A DNA stretch of 33,553 bases from a bacterium (lineage in GTDB: Bacteria > Zhuqueibacterota > Zhuqueibacteria > Zhuqueibacterales > Zhuqueibacteraceae): assembly GCA_044869275.1 (NCBI GenBank), contig JBIOXB010000200.1, positions 1 through 33,553 of the forward strand, in the 5' to 3' direction. This document shows, one piece after another, positions 8,788-17,494 of this stretch (the stretch's first letter is position 1; each line of letters begins with the position of its first letter). A program made the translations under genes and the position numbers. The notes below the pieces were generated by a model. It had not been told where the DNA came from. It worked only from the letters and a program-made list of their open reading frames with translations, and ran no database searches.

Positions 8788-10640
8788 TGCTGATCGCCTG
8801 CCTGCAATTGCAATAGATGAAAAACCTCAAATAAATGCGGCTTGCTCTGGTGCGCCACCACCTCATAACCAAAACGATGAAATTTTTCGTGCAGCAAAGC
8901 CAGCGGCATATCCGAAGACATGATCAAAACAATCTTCCCGCGCGGTTGGAGAAAATTGGGGGCCTGTGCGAGGAAGCGCTCGATGGTTTCGTAATGATCG
9001 CCGGCATACCAAGCTGCCTCTTCCGGCCGCTGCACCGGGCCGGGGAAATAGGGAGGATTGAAAGCAATCCAATCAAATTTTTCTGCCGGGTCGAGCCGAG
9101 CGAAGAGATCGCTTTCCAAACCGCGCCAGCGGCCGTTCAAATCGTAGATCCGGGCATTTTCATTCGCCAACATCACCGCCGCGGGATTGACATCCACGGC
9201 CAAGACGTGCGCGCCGCGTTGGGCGGCCATGAGGCCGACAATACCCGAACCTGTGCCCATGTCCAGCACCTTTTCCTGCGCGGCCACCTGCGCGGCCAAA
9301 TAGCGGCCAAGAATTTTGCTGCTGAAAAAAAATTTCGGATGAAAGACCTTCACCTCGGTGCGCAGCTTCAGGCCATCAACCGCAGTATCCGCATTTTTTC
9401 GGCGTTGATGATTAATGACCGGCAACGCCAGGCGAAAGAACAGCGGCCGGATTTTCCGGCGAATCTTCATGCCCACGGGTATTTCAGTTTGATGCCACAA
9501 TGCTTTTGCCGAGTTCTTTTGCCTGGCTCCTAATTGTGCATAAAGCTCATCAAACCGGCGAACCGTATGTGCAATATCATACTGCGCGCGAATCTTTGCG
9601 GCAGCGGTGCGGGCCTGTTGCTGCAAAGAACGCAGGTTTTGCAAGCAGTGTTGCAAGCCGGCAAAAGCAGTTTGCGATGATTCCACAAAAACGATGGCGG
9701 CGCCCAGGCTTGCAAGCTCATCCGCGACACCCACCCGGGTGGCGAGCATGGGCAGCCCGGCAGCAGCCGCTTCGATCATCGCCATACCCTGCGCCTCGTG
9801 CGCGGAAAGAGAAATAAGTAAATCGAACTGAGACAACTGCTGTTTGAAGAGCTGCTCCGGCTGCCAGCCGGCCAATTCTACGGAATCGTTCAAACCCCGA
9901 TGCATAATTTCTTTGCGCAATGCAGTTTCCAACGGCCCGGTTCCGGCAATCGTCAAATGCCATGGCTTCGTCTCAAGCGCACTAACCATCTGCAGAATCT
10001 GAGAAATGTTTTTCATCGGTTGCAGGGCGGCCACGTTGAGCAAGCGCAGCTCAGCATTTGCCCCCCCATTTCTGCACGGCAGGGCTGCGGGATCAATGCC
10101 GAGGGGTGCGAGCACGATTCTCTCTTTTGCCGCCGGAACGAATGCGGCTACTTTTTCAAAATAATACTTCGACCCGGTGGTGACGGCGTCGGCATGCGCC
10201 AAACAGCGGCGCAAAATCCATCGCCAATGCGGTTTTGAGATCGCGCCATAGTCGAACGCGGGCAAATCGGCTATTTCACCGCCCAACATGGAGAGCACCA
10301 CCGGAGCTCCCGCCAGTTTGGCAAACACCGTGGCCGCAAGACTGCCGACGTGCCAAATGCCATGGGTGAGATCGAAAGGCCGCTCGCGGTGAAGGTGCCA
10401 AGCCTCGCGCAAGAGCGCAACCGTCTTGCCCGGAAAGTTGCCGGCTGTCAGCCTGCCGGTGGCGACGACATTGAGGCGATGAAAACGATAACTTTTCCCA
10501 GCCACCGGCTGCATGCCGCCCACGGCAAAAACCCAAATCTCATGCGACTCGGAAAGCCGGAGCAAAGTATCGATCACTGCCGGGGTATAGTCGCCGTCGA
10601 CTTTCTCGGGAAATCCGTTTGAAAAAAGTGCCACGCGCAT
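8784..10640 (-). CDS. Fusion: GT4 glycosyltransferase + HemK/PrmC-like class I SAM methyltransferase
   Basis: GT-B half with EAQGMAMIEAAAAG (EX7E). C-terminal VLDMGTGSG, VDVNP and NPPY motifs. One continuous 618-aa ORF. Confidence 0.87.
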   Translation of the reverse strand: MRVALFSNGFPEKVDGDYTPAVIDTLLRLSESHEIWVFAVGGMQPVAGKSYRFHRLNVVATGRLTAGNFPGKTVALLREAWHLHRERPFDLTHGIWHVGSLAATVFAKLAGAPVVLSMLGGEIADLPAFDYGAISKPHWRWILRRCLAHADAVTTGSKYYFEKVAAFVPAAKERIVLAPLGIDPAALPCRNGGANAELRLLNVAALQPMKNISQILQMVSALETKPWHLTIAGTGPLETALRKEIMHRGLNDSVELAGWQPEQLFKQQLSQFDLLISLSAHEAQGMAMIEAAAAGLPMLATRVGVADELASLGAAIVFVESSQTAFAGLQHCLQNLRSLQQQARTAAAKIRAQYDIAHTVRRFDELYAQLGARQKNSAKALWHQTEIPVGMKIRRKIRPLFFRLALPVINHQRRKNADTAVDGLKLRTEVKVFHPKFFFSSKILGRYLAAQVAAQEKVLDMGTGSGIVGLMAAQRGAHVLAVDVNPAAVMLANENARIYDLNGRWRGLESDLFARLDPAEKFDWIAFNPPYFPGPVQRPEEAAWYAGDHYETIERFLAQAPNFLQPRGKIVLIMSSDMPLALLHEKFHRFGYEVVAHQSKPHLFEVFHLLQLQAGDQQ

Positions 10641-10652
10641 CAGAGTGTGCCG

Positions 10653-11837
10653 TCAAGTCTTGTCATAAAGTGTCAACAACTTTTGCGCGAGGGCTGCATA
10701 CGAAAACTCCTGCTCAAAGCGGCGATGCACGCGCTCGCGTTGCGAGCAGGCTACGGACTTGGGCAGCTGCGAAAGAATGTGCTGCAAAGCACGAGCATCG
10801 CCCGGCGGAAACAAGAAACCACAACGACCATCGTCACAAAGCAGGCGAAAACTGGGAATGTCAGTGAGAATCGGAATCGCACCAGTTGAGATGGCTTCCA
10901 CCGCGGCGTAGCCATAAGCTTCATGGTGGCTGCCCTGCACAAAATAATCAATGGCGCGAAAAAAAGCTTCGAGCTGCGCATGCGGCACCCGGCCGCGCAA
11001 AAACACCCGTTGCTGCAGGATCGGATGCTTTGCAATCATGGCTTCACAAGCCGCGCGCAAATCATCCTTGATAAAATGCATATAAAGCCGCGCCCCGAGA
11101 TTTTCTGCAAAGTAACCCGTGCTGGCACGCAAAATGGTAAGGGGATCTTTGTTGTGATCCAGATGCGCCACCCAGCCGAAAATCGGCGCGCCCTCCATCT
11201 GCAATTGCCGGCGCAAACGGCAGCGCTCCGCCTCGCCAACCGGGGAGAAGCTTGAAGACGCCGCGAAAAGGATTTTGCATTTATCCGGTGCGAGCAGGTC
11301 GCGGCCAATCCACAAGTCACGCATGTTTGAGTCGCCAAAAATAACTTGACGAATCGCGGCAAGTGGTTTTTTATAAAGCTGTCTCTTCATGCCCAAAGCC
11401 GGCACGCCGCCGCCGTGATCTTGCACCACGCAATGGAGGCCGTGTTCTCGCGCCAACTCATTTAAAGCCCGCAGTGCCATCCACGAATTCAATCCGTGCT
11501 GATGCACCACCTCGGGGTTTTCAGCAGCAGCAGCACGAGCGACGCAGCGCGCTTGCTTCCAGCCGACATACTGCCGTCTTGAGCCAACTTTCAAAAACCT
11601 CGCTGTCCGGACGAATTTGATTTTAATCTCATCCTGGAAAAATGTCAGGCTTGCGCTGGACGGGGCAATCCAGGAAACCTGGAGACCCAATCTCTGCTGG
11701 GCACGCAGCAAGTGCGTGACTCCCGGAAATCGTTCTGCCAGCTCCTCCCATGAAACGAGGAGCGGCATTTCATGAAAGACGGTATGGCAAACTTTCATGC
11801 TCATGCGATGGCCGTTTAGTTTGCCAGAATGTGCCAC
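10653..11837 (-). CDS. GT4 glycosyltransferase
   Basis: EAYGYAAVEA (EX7E), TDIPSF, GFLFPPGD. GTG start preceded by GAGG. Confidence 0.88.
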   Translation of the reverse strand: MAHSGKLNGHRMSMKVCHTVFHEMPLLVSWEELAERFPGVTHLLRAQQRLGLQVSWIAPSSASLTFFQDEIKIKFVRTARFLKVGSRRQYVGWKQARCVARAAAAENPEVVHQHGLNSWMALRALNELAREHGLHCVVQDHGGGVPALGMKRQLYKKPLAAIRQVIFGDSNMRDLWIGRDLLAPDKCKILFAASSSFSPVGEAERCRLRRQLQMEGAPIFGWVAHLDHNKDPLTILRASTGYFAENLGARLYMHFIKDDLRAACEAMIAKHPILQQRVFLRGRVPHAQLEAFFRAIDYFVQGSHHEAYGYAAVEAISTGAIPILTDIPSFRLLCDDGRCGFLFPPGDARALQHILSQLPKSVACSQRERVHRRFEQEFSYAALAQKLLTLYDKT

Positions 11838-11847
11838 GGTTCTGACC

Positions 11848-13356
11848 TCAAGAACGGCCGCTCCACATATCCACGGCCTGGCGCCGGGTCTTTCGAGAGG
11901 TCAATAAAAAAAGCCTGTTCAAGATGCGCAGATCAAGAATGGTCTGATAGCGGCTCAGGCGCAAGTGCAAATGAGCAACCCGGTGCAGCAGACGCAAAAA
12001 GAGGTTGCGAGGAAACAGCTGGCGGAAACGGCGATGCAAGAAACTGGTGGCGTAGAAGGTCGTGATCGTAAAATTGTACAGCTTGCGCCGGTACTGCGGA
12101 GAGAGCCAGGCTTTGCCGTTGCCGCTGCGTTGATCGAGATGCGACCATTCGGCGATGCTGTTTGTGGTTTTGGAGGCGAACTCCTTGGCGCGATGAAAAG
12201 CCGGGGTGCTGTCATAAGCGGTGGTGATGTAGATCATCAGTTCGCTTTCAGGATTGAGGCGTCGCAGCTCGCGGCACAACGCTTCAGTGCGGCTGAAATT
12301 ATCCGGCGGTTCACCGGGATAGCCGAGGTTGAACGAGAACGTGGTTTTGATTTTGTGCCGGCCCAGTTTCTCAGCGGCGCGCAGAATATCATCCACCTTG
12401 TGATCGCGTTCCATCATTTGCAACACCGCCTCATGCCCGCTTTCGGCGCCGATGAACACCCAGCGCAACCCGCTGCGCGTCAGCAGTCCCAGCATGTCGT
12501 CGTCGTACTCGGCAATTTTATCCGGTCGCGCCTCGCCGCTCCAGAGAATTCCCAGCTTGGCATCGAGTAAAGCGCTCGCGATCTCATACGTGCGCTGGTC
12601 GTTCACGAAAAAGTTGTTGTCGTAAAACTCCACGCTTTGCGCGCCGGTATTTTCCAGCAAGAACCGAATGTCCCGCAAAACTCTTTCTGCCGGAAAGCCG
12701 CTCCAACGCTGCTCGTAGATTTGTGTGACCGTGCAAAAATTGCAGCGGAACGGGCATCCGATGCTGGAATGATAGGAAATGCTTCTCGAGGTGAGACTGT
12801 CAATCAAGAAGGACGAGAGTGGCACCAGATGATACGGGAATGCCGGAAAATCCTCGAGGTTGCGAAAGGCAGCGCCGCCGGGATTATGGATGGGAAGGCC
12901 GTTCTCCTTGCGCCAGATCCCCGGTGTCAGGGCAGCGCCATCCTGCGCCGCAAAACGATTGGCGAAATCGAGAAACGTCCATTCTCCCTGGCCGGTCACC
13001 ACGAAATCTGCGAGCTCGCTGGCAACCGTGGTTTCGGGATAGAGAGAGGGATGATATCCTCCCCACACCAAAGGAAGTCTTGGGAAATGCTGGCGGAGCA
13101 AGCGCGCCGCGCGCAGGGCAGATTCAATCTGAAAACCGGTAAAACAGGAAATGCCAAGGAGATCGGCTTGTGCCGCCGCCGCCAGCAGGCGTTGCGCATA
13201 ATGAGGCGTCGAAAACTCATCGAGAATTTCCACCTCATACCCCGCGGCCACCAGCGGTGCTGCCACCGCCAGACATGAATACGGCACGGTGCACGAATCA
13301 CCAGGAGTTGCCCGAGGATGTAGCAAGAGAATTTTTATGCGCCGAGGCAACATCAT
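11848..13356 (-). CDS. Cobalamin-binding radical SAM enzyme (class B-type)
   Basis: WGGYHPS, GQGE, SSIGCPFRCNFC, GAESG, GYPGE. Start moved to ATG 13356 (or 13353) after GAGG; the longer ORF extension looks non-coding. Confidence 0.9.
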   Translation of the reverse strand: MMLPRRIKILLLHPRATPGDSCTVPYSCLAVAAPLVAAGYEVEILDEFSTPHYAQRLLAAAAQADLLGISCFTGFQIESALRAARLLRQHFPRLPLVWGGYHPSLYPETTVASELADFVVTGQGEWTFLDFANRFAAQDGAALTPGIWRKENGLPIHNPGGAAFRNLEDFPAFPYHLVPLSSFLIDSLTSRSISYHSSIGCPFRCNFCTVTQIYEQRWSGFPAERVLRDIRFLLENTGAQSVEFYDNNFFVNDQRTYEIASALLDAKLGILWSGEARPDKIAEYDDDMLGLLTRSGLRWVFIGAESGHEAVLQMMERDHKVDDILRAAEKLGRHKIKTTFSFNLGYPGEPPDNFSRTEALCRELRRLNPESELMIYITTAYDSTPAFHRAKEFASKTTNSIAEWSHLDQRSGNGKAWLSPQYRRKLYNFTITTFYATSFLHRRFRQLFPRNLFLRLLHRVAHLHLRLSRYQTILDLRILNRLFLLTSRKTRRQAVDMWSGRS

Positions 13357-13560
13357 AATTCCTCGTCGAATGGCAAGAAAGAGCAAAAAGCGCATCCCGA
13401 TGCACCGGGACGGAGACGCAAAGGGAACGCAAAGTGCGCCAAAAATCAAGCCATCGTTCACTTGACCCTTAGCAGGTTTTTCTTTGCGGCGCCTTTGCGA
13501 ATTCGTCCCAGCCTTGCGGGATAAATGCTTCGGTATTACCTATACAGAGAAAGATCGAGA

Positions 13561-14601
13561 CTAATTGTTTTGCGCCCCGCGATTGATCCAGGCGGCGATG
13601 GAATCGGTTTCCGTCTGGCTCAAGGGCGCGCCAATCGGCGGCATGCCCCGGCCCACGCTGTTATCGGCAATGACCTTCAAATACAAAACGCTATTGTTGG
13701 CATTGCCTGGCGCGACCCGCAGGCGGCCGAATTGGGCAGAGTTCACGCCCACCAAAGTCGTAAAGGAGGTGCCGGCCGCGAGCGACATCGGCGCGCCGCC
13801 ACCCGGATGGCATCCCGCGTTCACACATTTGGGTGTGAAAATGTTCGCTTGAATGCTGGACAGCGTTGCCTGCAGCGGTGGTGGCGCGATTACGGTGACT
13901 CCCAAGGTGTCACTTAGGCCATTCGCTGTGGCCGTAATCGTTGCTGAACCAATACTCACGCCGGCGACCAGGCCGCTATTCATATCGACGGTTGCAACAT
14001 TCGGGGCGGAGCTGGACCAGGTAAATATCGCGGTGATCCCATTATTGTTCGCGTCCAGAGCCTGCGCATTGAGATCGAGATTGGCCCCGATTTGTATGGT
14101 GGTGTTGTTCGGTCTTGTAATGCGAACGCTGTTGACGATACCGGGCGTGGTGTCTGGAAGCGCGCCCGCGTTGATCCAGTCTCGGATGGCGTTGATCTCG
14201 GTCGTGCTCATGGGTCCAAGGCCCGCCGGCATGCGCGCCGAAGGCCCACCTACGGCCGGATCACCCAGAACCTTCAAATAGAGCGAACTGTTCATCGCGT
14301 CGTTCGGTTTGACGCGCAGCATGCGCGGGTTGCCATAGGCCGAACTGGCGTAAACCAAACTACTGTAGGTGAGCCCGCTCTGGAGCGAAAACGGCGCGAT
14401 ACCGGGGGTGATGCCGGCGGTGTGACAGGCCGCCACGGCGCATTTCAAGTTGAAAATGTTAGCCTGCAGGCTGGCCAGCGTCGGCTGCACGACTACCGGC
14501 GGCGGTGCGCTGGGCGAATCTTGCTTGCAAGCAGCCATGAGAAAAACCAAACCGAGCAACAACACTCCTTCTGCACATTGGTTGAAAAACCGTGTGGGCA
14601 T
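13561..14601 (-). CDS. Lipoprotein with two CX4CH cytochrome c-like domains flanking an Ig-like (Big_2) domain
   Basis: Lipobox-like MAAC. CAVAACH and CVNAGCH are each followed by an MP motif and WI..GA. Central Big_2 pattern WSSSAPNVATVD...GLV.GVS.G.ATITAT. Confidence 0.8.
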   Translation of the reverse strand: MPTRFFNQCAEGVLLLGLVFLMAACKQDSPSAPPPVVVQPTLASLQANIFNLKCAVAACHTAGITPGIAPFSLQSGLTYSSLVYASSAYGNPRMLRVKPNDAMNSSLYLKVLGDPAVGGPSARMPAGLGPMSTTEINAIRDWINAGALPDTTPGIVNSVRITRPNNTTIQIGANLDLNAQALDANNNGITAIFTWSSSAPNVATVDMNSGLVAGVSIGSATITATANGLSDTLGVTVIAPPPLQATLSSIQANIFTPKCVNAGCHPGGGAPMSLAAGTSFTTLVGVNSAQFGRLRVAPGNANNSVLYLKVIADNSVGRGMPPIGAPLSQTETDSIAAWINRGAQNN

Positions 14602-14679
14602 AACTTGTCTCCTTTGACTGAAAAATTCGCCGTCATGGCAAAAAATGAATAAAACTTAATGCACCAGCTCATACAACCA

Positions 14680-14708
14680 AGATTAAAATCGCCCCTGCCC
14701 ACACGCAA
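14680..14708 (-). promoter_or_regulatory. Weak putative sigma70 promoter for the 14601 lipoprotein gene
   Basis: TTGCGT-17 nt-TAATCT on the minus strand in the intergenic region. Confidence 0.3.
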
Positions 14709-14722
14709 TCATCGTGTTGCTT

Positions 14723-15316
14723 TCATTTTAGCGTCAACAAATAATCCGCCATGGCCTCGAGCTCCTCTTTGGGCAGAGCGCCATACTTGGGCATGAGCGA
14801 ATCTTTGACGAACGCCTGCGGATCGACGAAGTGGTCGACCAGCCATTTTTTATCGTGTTTGGCGCCCACACCTTTGAGATTCGGCCCGGCGCCTTCTTTG
14901 TTACCGATGCCGTTGAGCACGTGACAATTGCGGCACTGTTCGCGCACCATGGCGAAGCCGGCCGTAACGGCGTTAGCGGCGGCGGCATCAGTTTTCTCGC
15001 GCGCCTGGATATAAGCCACCAGGGCCGCAACTTCTTCGCCCATGGTTCGTTTCTGCCGGCGCGGAGAAGTATCTTTGCGCAAAACATTTTCCAATTTCAA
15101 TGAGTCGACGTGCGCCGCTAATTTTGCCGAATCGGCCGGTGCTTTCAGCGGCGTGAATTGCTTCGCGCCTTGATTGTGGCAGTCACCGCATTTTTTTAGG
15201 TTGTAAATCTGCTTGCCGCCGAGCGCGGCAATATCCGGCGTTTGCGCCCGCAGGCCAGCCGCCATCACTATCAATCCGAAAAGGACAATTCCGCAAAGAC
15301 GCGAGCTCCTGATCAT
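14723..15316 (-). CDS. Periplasmic diheme cytochrome c
   Basis: Signal peptide, CGDCH and CRNCH. C-terminal GPNL..VG...W...H..DP....DSLMP resembles cbb3-II/NorC-type cytochrome domains. Confidence 0.85.
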   Translation of the reverse strand: MIRSSRLCGIVLFGLIVMAAGLRAQTPDIAALGGKQIYNLKKCGDCHNQGAKQFTPLKAPADSAKLAAHVDSLKLENVLRKDTSPRRQKRTMGEEVAALVAYIQAREKTDAAAANAVTAGFAMVREQCRNCHVLNGIGNKEGAGPNLKGVGAKHDKKWLVDHFVDPQAFVKDSLMPKYGALPKEELEAMADYLLTLK

Positions 15317-15358
15317 GACTCTCAGCCTTTCTTTCGTGGTTTAGATTTTCACATCCGT

Positions 15359-15802
15359 TCAATTGTTCTGCGCGCCGTTGTTGATCCACGTTTGAATCGC
15401 GCTCATTTCTGCTGCGCTCAGGGCTTGCATGCCTTGTGGCATTTGCCCTCCCAGCGTGTTGCCGGAGACTTTCAAATACAATACACTGTTATTGGCGTTT
15501 CCGGGCTGGACGCGCAATCTTGGCCCGTAGCCGCTGGACGTCACTCCCGTGCCTCCCGCTCCGACGAGAGTATTGTAGGACTGCCCTGTTTGCAGTGATA
15601 ATTGCCCGGTGGGGTTGCCGCCAGTATGGCAACCCGGTATCGCACACTTCGGTGTGAAAATATTCGTTTGAATGCTCGACAATGTGGGTTGCACTTGTAC
15701 CGGCGGTGCGGTGATTGGCGTTTGATGCTCGCACGCCACGAAGACAAGACTGATCAACAACAACAGGCTTCCACTCACCGCCGCAAGCGTTCTTACTTTC
15801 AT
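15359..15802 (-). CDS. Lipoprotein with one CX4CH cytochrome c-like domain
   Basis: ATG 15802 follows AGGAG. Lipobox FVAC, CAIPGCH, GQMP, WINNGAQNN. Paralogous to both domains of 13561..14601. Confidence 0.8.
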   Translation of the reverse strand: MKVRTLAAVSGSLLLLISLVFVACEHQTPITAPPVQVQPTLSSIQTNIFTPKCAIPGCHTGGNPTGQLSLQTGQSYNTLVGAGGTGVTSSGYGPRLRVQPGNANNSVLYLKVSGNTLGGQMPQGMQALSAAEMSAIQTWINNGAQNN

Positions 15803-15867
15803 GATCTTCTCCTGTAATGAAACCGGCTTCATCCGCCCAGATCGCGGTGTTTCCGGACAGATACTAT

Positions 15868-16016
15868 CTTGACAATGTTAAGTTAAATTCGTGCCCTCTC
15901 AATTTGTCATCCCGACGCTTCGGGATCTTCCCTAGGTTTGTGTGCAAGCCTCGTGGGAAGATTCCTACAGAATGACAAAAACTAGGGGCTTTTTTAGCCA
16001 ACTTAACATTGTCAAG
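15868..16016. mobile_element. MITE-like element, 149 bp, perfect 17-bp terminal inverted repeats
   Basis: CTTGACAATGTTAAGTT (15868-15884) and its exact reverse complement (16000-16016). CTAT lies directly outside both ends (15864-15867, 16017-16020). No coding capacity. Confidence 0.65.
15903..15979. repeat. REP-like nested hairpin inside the MITE-like element
   Basis: Stems TTTGTCAT/ATGACAAA, ATCCCGA-cgct-TCGGGAT and ATCTTCCC/GGGAAGAT. The 20-mer 15907-15926 recurs inverted at 33528-33547. Confidence 0.65.
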
Positions 16017-17330
16017 CTATTTAACGAAAGGATAATCCAAAATCCGATAGATATTGAAACCGATACGATAATTGCCGTCGCCAAAGTCGAGGTCGCCCCC
16101 GCTCATGTATTGGTTGGTGGTATTGCCGCCGGAGTTGGCGATGAACCAGTGAAACACGTGGCCGCCGGCTTTGATCTCGAGGCCGGCAACAAATGTATCG
16201 TAAAATACCATCTGGTTGCCTTGCACCTGCATGCCGCCGATGACATTTGCCGTCGCCTCTCCCGCGACGACGGGCGTCACCTCCGCGAAGAAGGCATAAC
16301 TTTGATTGAATGCAAATTTTCCGCCCACCCCCATCGTGACCAGCGGGTCCTCGTTCTGCACGTTGAAGTTGCCGTTCAGCAGCACCCCGGGCACGAAGGC
16401 CAGCGAGACGCGGTCCACCACTTTTTTGGTGATGGGCAGTTGCGCGAAATAGGCAAAGCGCTCGCTGCTCGTCCGGCTCAAAGTATTATTGGGATTTGCC
16501 GGATCCTGCAGGCCGTCGATGGTCGTCCAGTCGACGCCGGCATAAATCGCCGCCGATAAGGGCATGGAGCCGTCGGTCTTCTCACGCAAGAAGCGCCACT
16601 TCGCGCCAAACTCGAAAGTGGCATTGATGCCGGTGCGCTCCAAGTTCAAAGTCAGGCTGTTGGCTACGGGAAAGGCGAATTGGGCCATCACGTATGCGCC
16701 GCCGTCGATGCCCCACAAGGTTTCAAAAGTGCTTTTGCCGGCGTTGCTGCGAAAGCGATGCGCGATGCGGTACGTAAAAGCGCCCGGTTCCAGCGTTTCC
16801 GCAGTGGGAAGATTGGCCAGCGACCAGCCGTAGAAGGGTTGTGCATATTTCATCTGCGGCGCTTCGACGCGCACGTTCGCGGGCATGGCGTTGATCCATT
16901 TTTCCAGCGTGGCGATTTCGCCGGATGAAAGCGGCTGTGCACCACGCGGCATACGATCGCCCTTGATGCCGGAAGAGCCTTTGACCTTTTTGATGAGATA
17001 ACTATTGTCCGCGTCTCCCGGCTTCACCAGCATCATTCTGGGAAAGTCCGTGCTTTTCGCATTCACCAATTCGGAGACGAACATTTCTTCGCTCAGGTTG
17101 AGGCCCTTGGGCGCGTTCACGCCGGTGTGGCAACCTGCAAAAGCGCATTTGCTGTCAAAGATGTCGAGCACTTGATTTTGCAGCTCGTCGGGCGCCGCGG
17201 CGGGCGGCTTTACAAACTCGAAAGGCGAAGAGGCGTTTCGGGATTTCTGATCCCCTGCCGGCGCGCGGCCCGAAAACAGCAGCACGAACACGATCATTCC
17301 CAGTCGGGACAGCCCTTGACCCAATCGCAT
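16017..17330 (-). CDS. Fusion: CX4CH cytochrome c-like domain + DUF5777-like outer-membrane beta-barrel
   Basis: ATG 17330 follows GAGG; signal peptide; CAFAGCH...RMP...WI. Then LPTAETL...FTYRIAHRF...WGIDG...EIKAGGHVF...GFNIYR, recalled as DUF5777 motifs, with alternating amphipathic strands. Confidence 0.78.
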   Translation of the reverse strand: MRLGQGLSRLGMIVFVLLFSGRAPAGDQKSRNASSPFEFVKPPAAAPDELQNQVLDIFDSKCAFAGCHTGVNAPKGLNLSEEMFVSELVNAKSTDFPRMMLVKPGDADNSYLIKKVKGSSGIKGDRMPRGAQPLSSGEIATLEKWINAMPANVRVEAPQMKYAQPFYGWSLANLPTAETLEPGAFTYRIAHRFRSNAGKSTFETLWGIDGGAYVMAQFAFPVANSLTLNLERTGINATFEFGAKWRFLREKTDGSMPLSAAIYAGVDWTTIDGLQDPANPNNTLSRTSSERFAYFAQLPITKKVVDRVSLAFVPGVLLNGNFNVQNEDPLVTMGVGGKFAFNQSYAFFAEVTPVVAGEATANVIGGMQVQGNQMVFYDTFVAGLEIKAGGHVFHWFIANSGGNTTNQYMSGGDLDFGDGNYRIGFNIYRILDYPFVK

Positions 17331-17494
17331 GATCTTCCTCCGTGTTTGATAGAGTTTTTGCAGTCGCACAAATCGACCATCTTCAATCACCCTGCCGGGA
17401 GGGCGAGGCATGATTTTTTTGGCTGCAGATTTGCGCATTTTTGAAAACTTAAGAAGAACGATTTCCAGAGTTGCCATTCTTCGAATGAATGAGC

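Noticed and set aside
13357..13461. N-terminal extension of the third B12 radical SAM ORF
   Set aside because: RBS and domain start favour 13356/13353.
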